DNA of 63,922 nucleotides, counting the filler, from Lenisia limosa (Eukaryota; Protista; Breviatea), in NCBI GenBank assembly GCA_001655205.1. It is 16 parts of 16 records of this genome, joined end to end, with 100 filler letters (N's around TTAATTAATTAA, not from the genome) between each part and the next. Parts side by side here need not be neighbours in the genome. Positions count along the whole stretch, not along the records: positions 59,484 to 63,922 come from LPNZ01000202.1; 15 more parts are not named here. One strand, 5' to 3'. Position 1 is the first letter of the stretch. Each line of letters begins with the position of its first letter. The notes beneath the pieces are model-generated. The model was given only the letters and a program-made list of their open reading frames with translations. It was not told the origin of the DNA and did not search any database. Shown piece by piece: positions 60,517 through 63,922 of this stretch. Position numbers and translations under genes: made by a program.

Positions 60517-62335
60517 ATTGCACATAAATGTTCTAACATCCTTTTGTGTAATACTGTGTAATAGTTGACACGAAAAAGCATAAATGCGTGAACCAAACTT
60601 TTGCAGCTCAATCGTGGTTTGTTGATTGTATTTGGTCCTTTTTTTTCTGAATATTTTTTGGTTGCCGTCTTGTTTCACATTCTAAACATTTTTTGGCTGA
60701 TAAAATTATTATTTCTAATTCCATTTTGGTGTCATTGAGACAATATTATTTCGACTTCGCATTGATGGTTTAGACGGCCGTCCCCCCAACAAAATGGTAT
60801 TCCCTCCTCCTACCCTCCCAATGAAGGTTTGTGGCTTAGAGCATTAATAAGAAGTTTACTTCCTTTTGAATAAACACTGAATGTCCAATAAATCCTGAAA
60901 AAATTGAGGAGTTGACTTTGAATCTATTTGTTTTTCTACAAAATTGAACTAACAATAGGATAATGGGTGGTAGGATTTCACTTCGGATCGAAAAAAGACT
61001 GGATTTCTTGATATTTCCTCGAAAACATCGATATTACCGGTCTTTTTCTTACCGAAACGAAGCCGTTCCGGAAGTATGCCCTCATTGTTCTACTCACAAT
61101 CACATTATTGGAGGGGGTGTGGGGTCGAAGGAGGAAGTAAATTCCGGCGGCATTTTTTCTTCTTTATCATCATTCACGATTCTTTGGTGTTTTTCAAATG
61201 GTCATCAATAGATCGACAACTGATGGTAACGCCTGACGAAGGTTTTGATTTGGGCTCACTTCGGTTCAAAAAAAAGACTGAATTCTTGATGGGGACTGTA
61301 TTTTAAAAGTACCTCTTTTTTTTGGAANNNNNNNNNNNNNNNNNNNNNNNNNNNNNNNNNNNNNNTCACCCATGCCTATGACCCCGAGCACCAAGAGATG
61401 CGAAGATATTGATCTTCAAGTGGGGAGTGGTCTGATGTGTACATATACAACCAGGATAAGACCAGGGCTGTGTCTGTATATATTGTAAATAGTGACCAGG
61501 ATAAGTCTTGACCGAAATGACAGGCATCAGATTTTTCTGTCGTTGAATATGGTTTCATTTTCACATTTCCAGGATCGATTTTTCGGTGTGGAGGACGTAG
61601 ACGATGCCTGCAGTTTTGATAGCGACGCAACCACTTCAGGCAACCTAACCGTCCACGAAGATGCTGATGATGATGTTTGGGGAAATCTGTTCAAGAAGAT
61701 GCCAATGATGATGTTTGGGTCAAGAAGATGCCGATGATGATGTTTGGCGTGAACCTGTTTTTGTGTTTGTTTATGCACCCTATAATAAATGCCCAATTAA
61801 TTTGATATGAACAAATACTACTGGTTCAAAAAACACAAAAAACGTTACTTTAGGGAACCTAATTAGCATGGATCTTATATATACATAGCAGAACTCCTTG
61901 TAATTGTTAAGAAAATCATGAAATTAACATTGGAATATAAAGAGCCTTAACTCGAAAAACTATATTGTATACTGTATACATGTATATACCACTTCAAATT
62001 TCAAAATAATTTCTCAATTTATTTGAACGGTGTGCTAGTGTTTATTTGTATTGTACGCGAACTTTTGTAACAGATGTATGCTAGGAAGGACTAAAAACCT
62101 CTACAAGCTTTCAGCTTTAGATGTTCTAATATCACAGGCTCATACCCCGCCAAGTCCTACAGCACCTATTTTCCCTATTGATTCTTCGGTAAGGTCCTCA
62201 ATTAACGACTCTTCTACAACAAATGAATTTCATTCTCTTAGCGACTACTTTTTAGAACTTAGGTTCATAAAGATTCGGCAGTTAAACTGTACCCAAAAAC
62301 ACCCACTACTTCAATGAGCATATACATGTATAGTA

Positions 62336-62435
62336 GAGAGCTTCACTTTCGGTTCCAAAGGACTGACAAAATATCGATATTTATCGAGGTTTTATCGAGA
62401 ATTCAGTCTTTTTTGGAACCAAAGTGAAGCTCTTA
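62336..62435. mobile_element. MITE family A
   Basis: agagcttcactttcggttccaaaggactg...cagtcttttttggaaccaaagtgaagctct. Confidence 0.85.
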
Positions 62436-63761
62436 TTTATTGCATCGGAGGAGTAATATTCTATTTGTCTTCTACTTTAGATTTGCTTATGATAGCCCTA
62501 TTCGGTGACAGATAATTTCAGCCTGATAATGAAGAACAAGGGGTTGTATAAATGCACCATACAGTATATCATTCAGTTCTCGCGCTTGGGGTAGTCCTCT
62601 TGGGGTGACCCGCCTGCTTACGGAAGAAACAGGAGTGGTTGTGGGGCATGTATCACGCGCGTTTTTTTTTATTATTAATATTTTCTCAGTTTTTCTTTAT
62701 TGATTCATTGCGAGTTTTCTTTTTTGTAAAATTGAAATTGAAGCTCTTCCATTTACACCTCACTCTCCAGTATCCTCCAGATCACCTTGCGCCTATTGCA
62801 GAAACGCCTGTGGTAAGCCTGGGTAAAATTTGATTTTCTTCATAGCATTTTTAGTTGCTTGTTTGTATTTTTTTTTTATTTGTTTGTAGTTATTCTAAAA
62901 AAATCTGGTATTGAATCCTCACTTTGCAGTTATATTACTGGTAACAAAGATGTATCAAGAATATTGTTGTGGAATAGAACTTCAATCTCTACTGAATATC
63001 AAAGGTTCTTGTAGAATATTGTGACTGTAAGACTTGACGGTCCTTGCTCATTAAGGTCTCATCAAAGTAGACCATACGGCTGGCCAAGCTCCCGCCCTTG
63101 TGTCCTCTTGACGATTTACCAGTTACCCCTCGTGGCAAGGATTTATCACCTAGGTTTGGAAATATCCTCATCATATGCGGATTAATAATTCCAGCATATC
63201 AGCAGCAACCACTAAAAGTAGCTTCCTCATACAGTAGTTTCCCTAGATAATAGGTTCCTAATATAGTAGCTTCGCTATATAGTAATATTTACTTCTCAGA
63301 CGAACGCGAGGTCCCCTCAAACCCCTTACAATGACACCCCGAACGTCGCATCAAAACCCCACAACTCCCTACTCACCCCTCATGTCACAGGTTGGGGAAT
63401 TAAGTTCATCTGAGGGGGAGGGTAGGTTTTACCCCTGGCATCTAATAACATCCCCCAGCCACCCCGGGCATTTTTTTTAAATAAAATATATTACAATATG
63501 ATATGCTGGGGAGGCACGCAGAAAGCTGTGTGCACAGAGTTGTAAGGCAAATGATTGGGTGAATTAATATTATACTATAATCCAATATCTCTTTTAATTT
63601 GTTTCATTTTATTTTGATGTTATAGTATACAGTTGGATTCAATTTTACTCTCCAGCCTCCCCAGCCATCAACTTCCCACTTTTACTCCCCGCCACCCGTG
63701 GTTAAAACACATATGCACCCCGCAGAACTCATGTATTTATATACATTTAGATTCAATTTTA

Positions 63762-63856
63762 TAGAGCTTCACTTGCGGTCCAAGAGACAGGAACAATATC
63801 TATTTATCGACGATTTATCGAGAATTCAGTCTTTTTTGGACTCGAAAGTGACGCTC
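63762..63856. mobile_element. MITE family A (diverged)
   Basis: TAgagcttcacttgcggtccaagagac...cagtcttttttggactcgaaagtgacgctc. Confidence 0.75.
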
Positions 63857-63922
63857 AACAATCTTACTCCCCCAGCCACCCCTTGCGTCCGTACACCGCA
63901 GCCCTGACGCCCACTCCGACCA

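Noticed and set aside
59700-63922. Exon-like GC-rich islands on the last scaffold and on 11883-14770
   Set aside because: Strand and frame could not be resolved and no motif was recognised, so no CDS was called.

Overview
Eukaryotic genomic DNA from a fragmented draft assembly, not one locus. Fifteen artificial N~50-TTAATTAATTAA-N~50 linkers join 16 unrelated scaffolds of about 1.3-9.5 kb, and there are many internal N gaps, so adjacency across linkers means nothing. The source is an intron-rich, flagellated protist using the standard code with GT-AG introns. Genes recognised by manual exon joining: IFT70/TTC30, an outer-arm dynein heavy-chain N-terminus (DNAH5/8-like), a divergent axonemal dynein AAA4-stalk-MTBD segment, phytochelatin synthase, a KP-43/TagC-type subtilase, a STRA6-like membrane protein, an integrin-beta-like I-EGF repeat protein, a giant E/K/R-rich coiled-coil protein and an RGG protein, plus several unidentified fragments. 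Mobile DNA comprises an intron-containing DD35D pogo/Fot1-like transposase, a decayed paralogue of it, a non-LTR RT remnant, about 25 copies of a ~98-bp TA-flanked palindromic MITE, CAGTG-type MITEs and several other dispersed repeats. The most unusual signal is intron architecture: unrelated genes share sense-oriented ~60-100-bp sequence modules that end at the 3' splice site (TTTTAC-Cn-AG), a further intronic repeat shows strong sense-strand bias, and many donors are G-rich while acceptors carry C-runs. No rRNA, tRNA or CRISPR array was found. All protein identifications come from motif recognition, not database searches.
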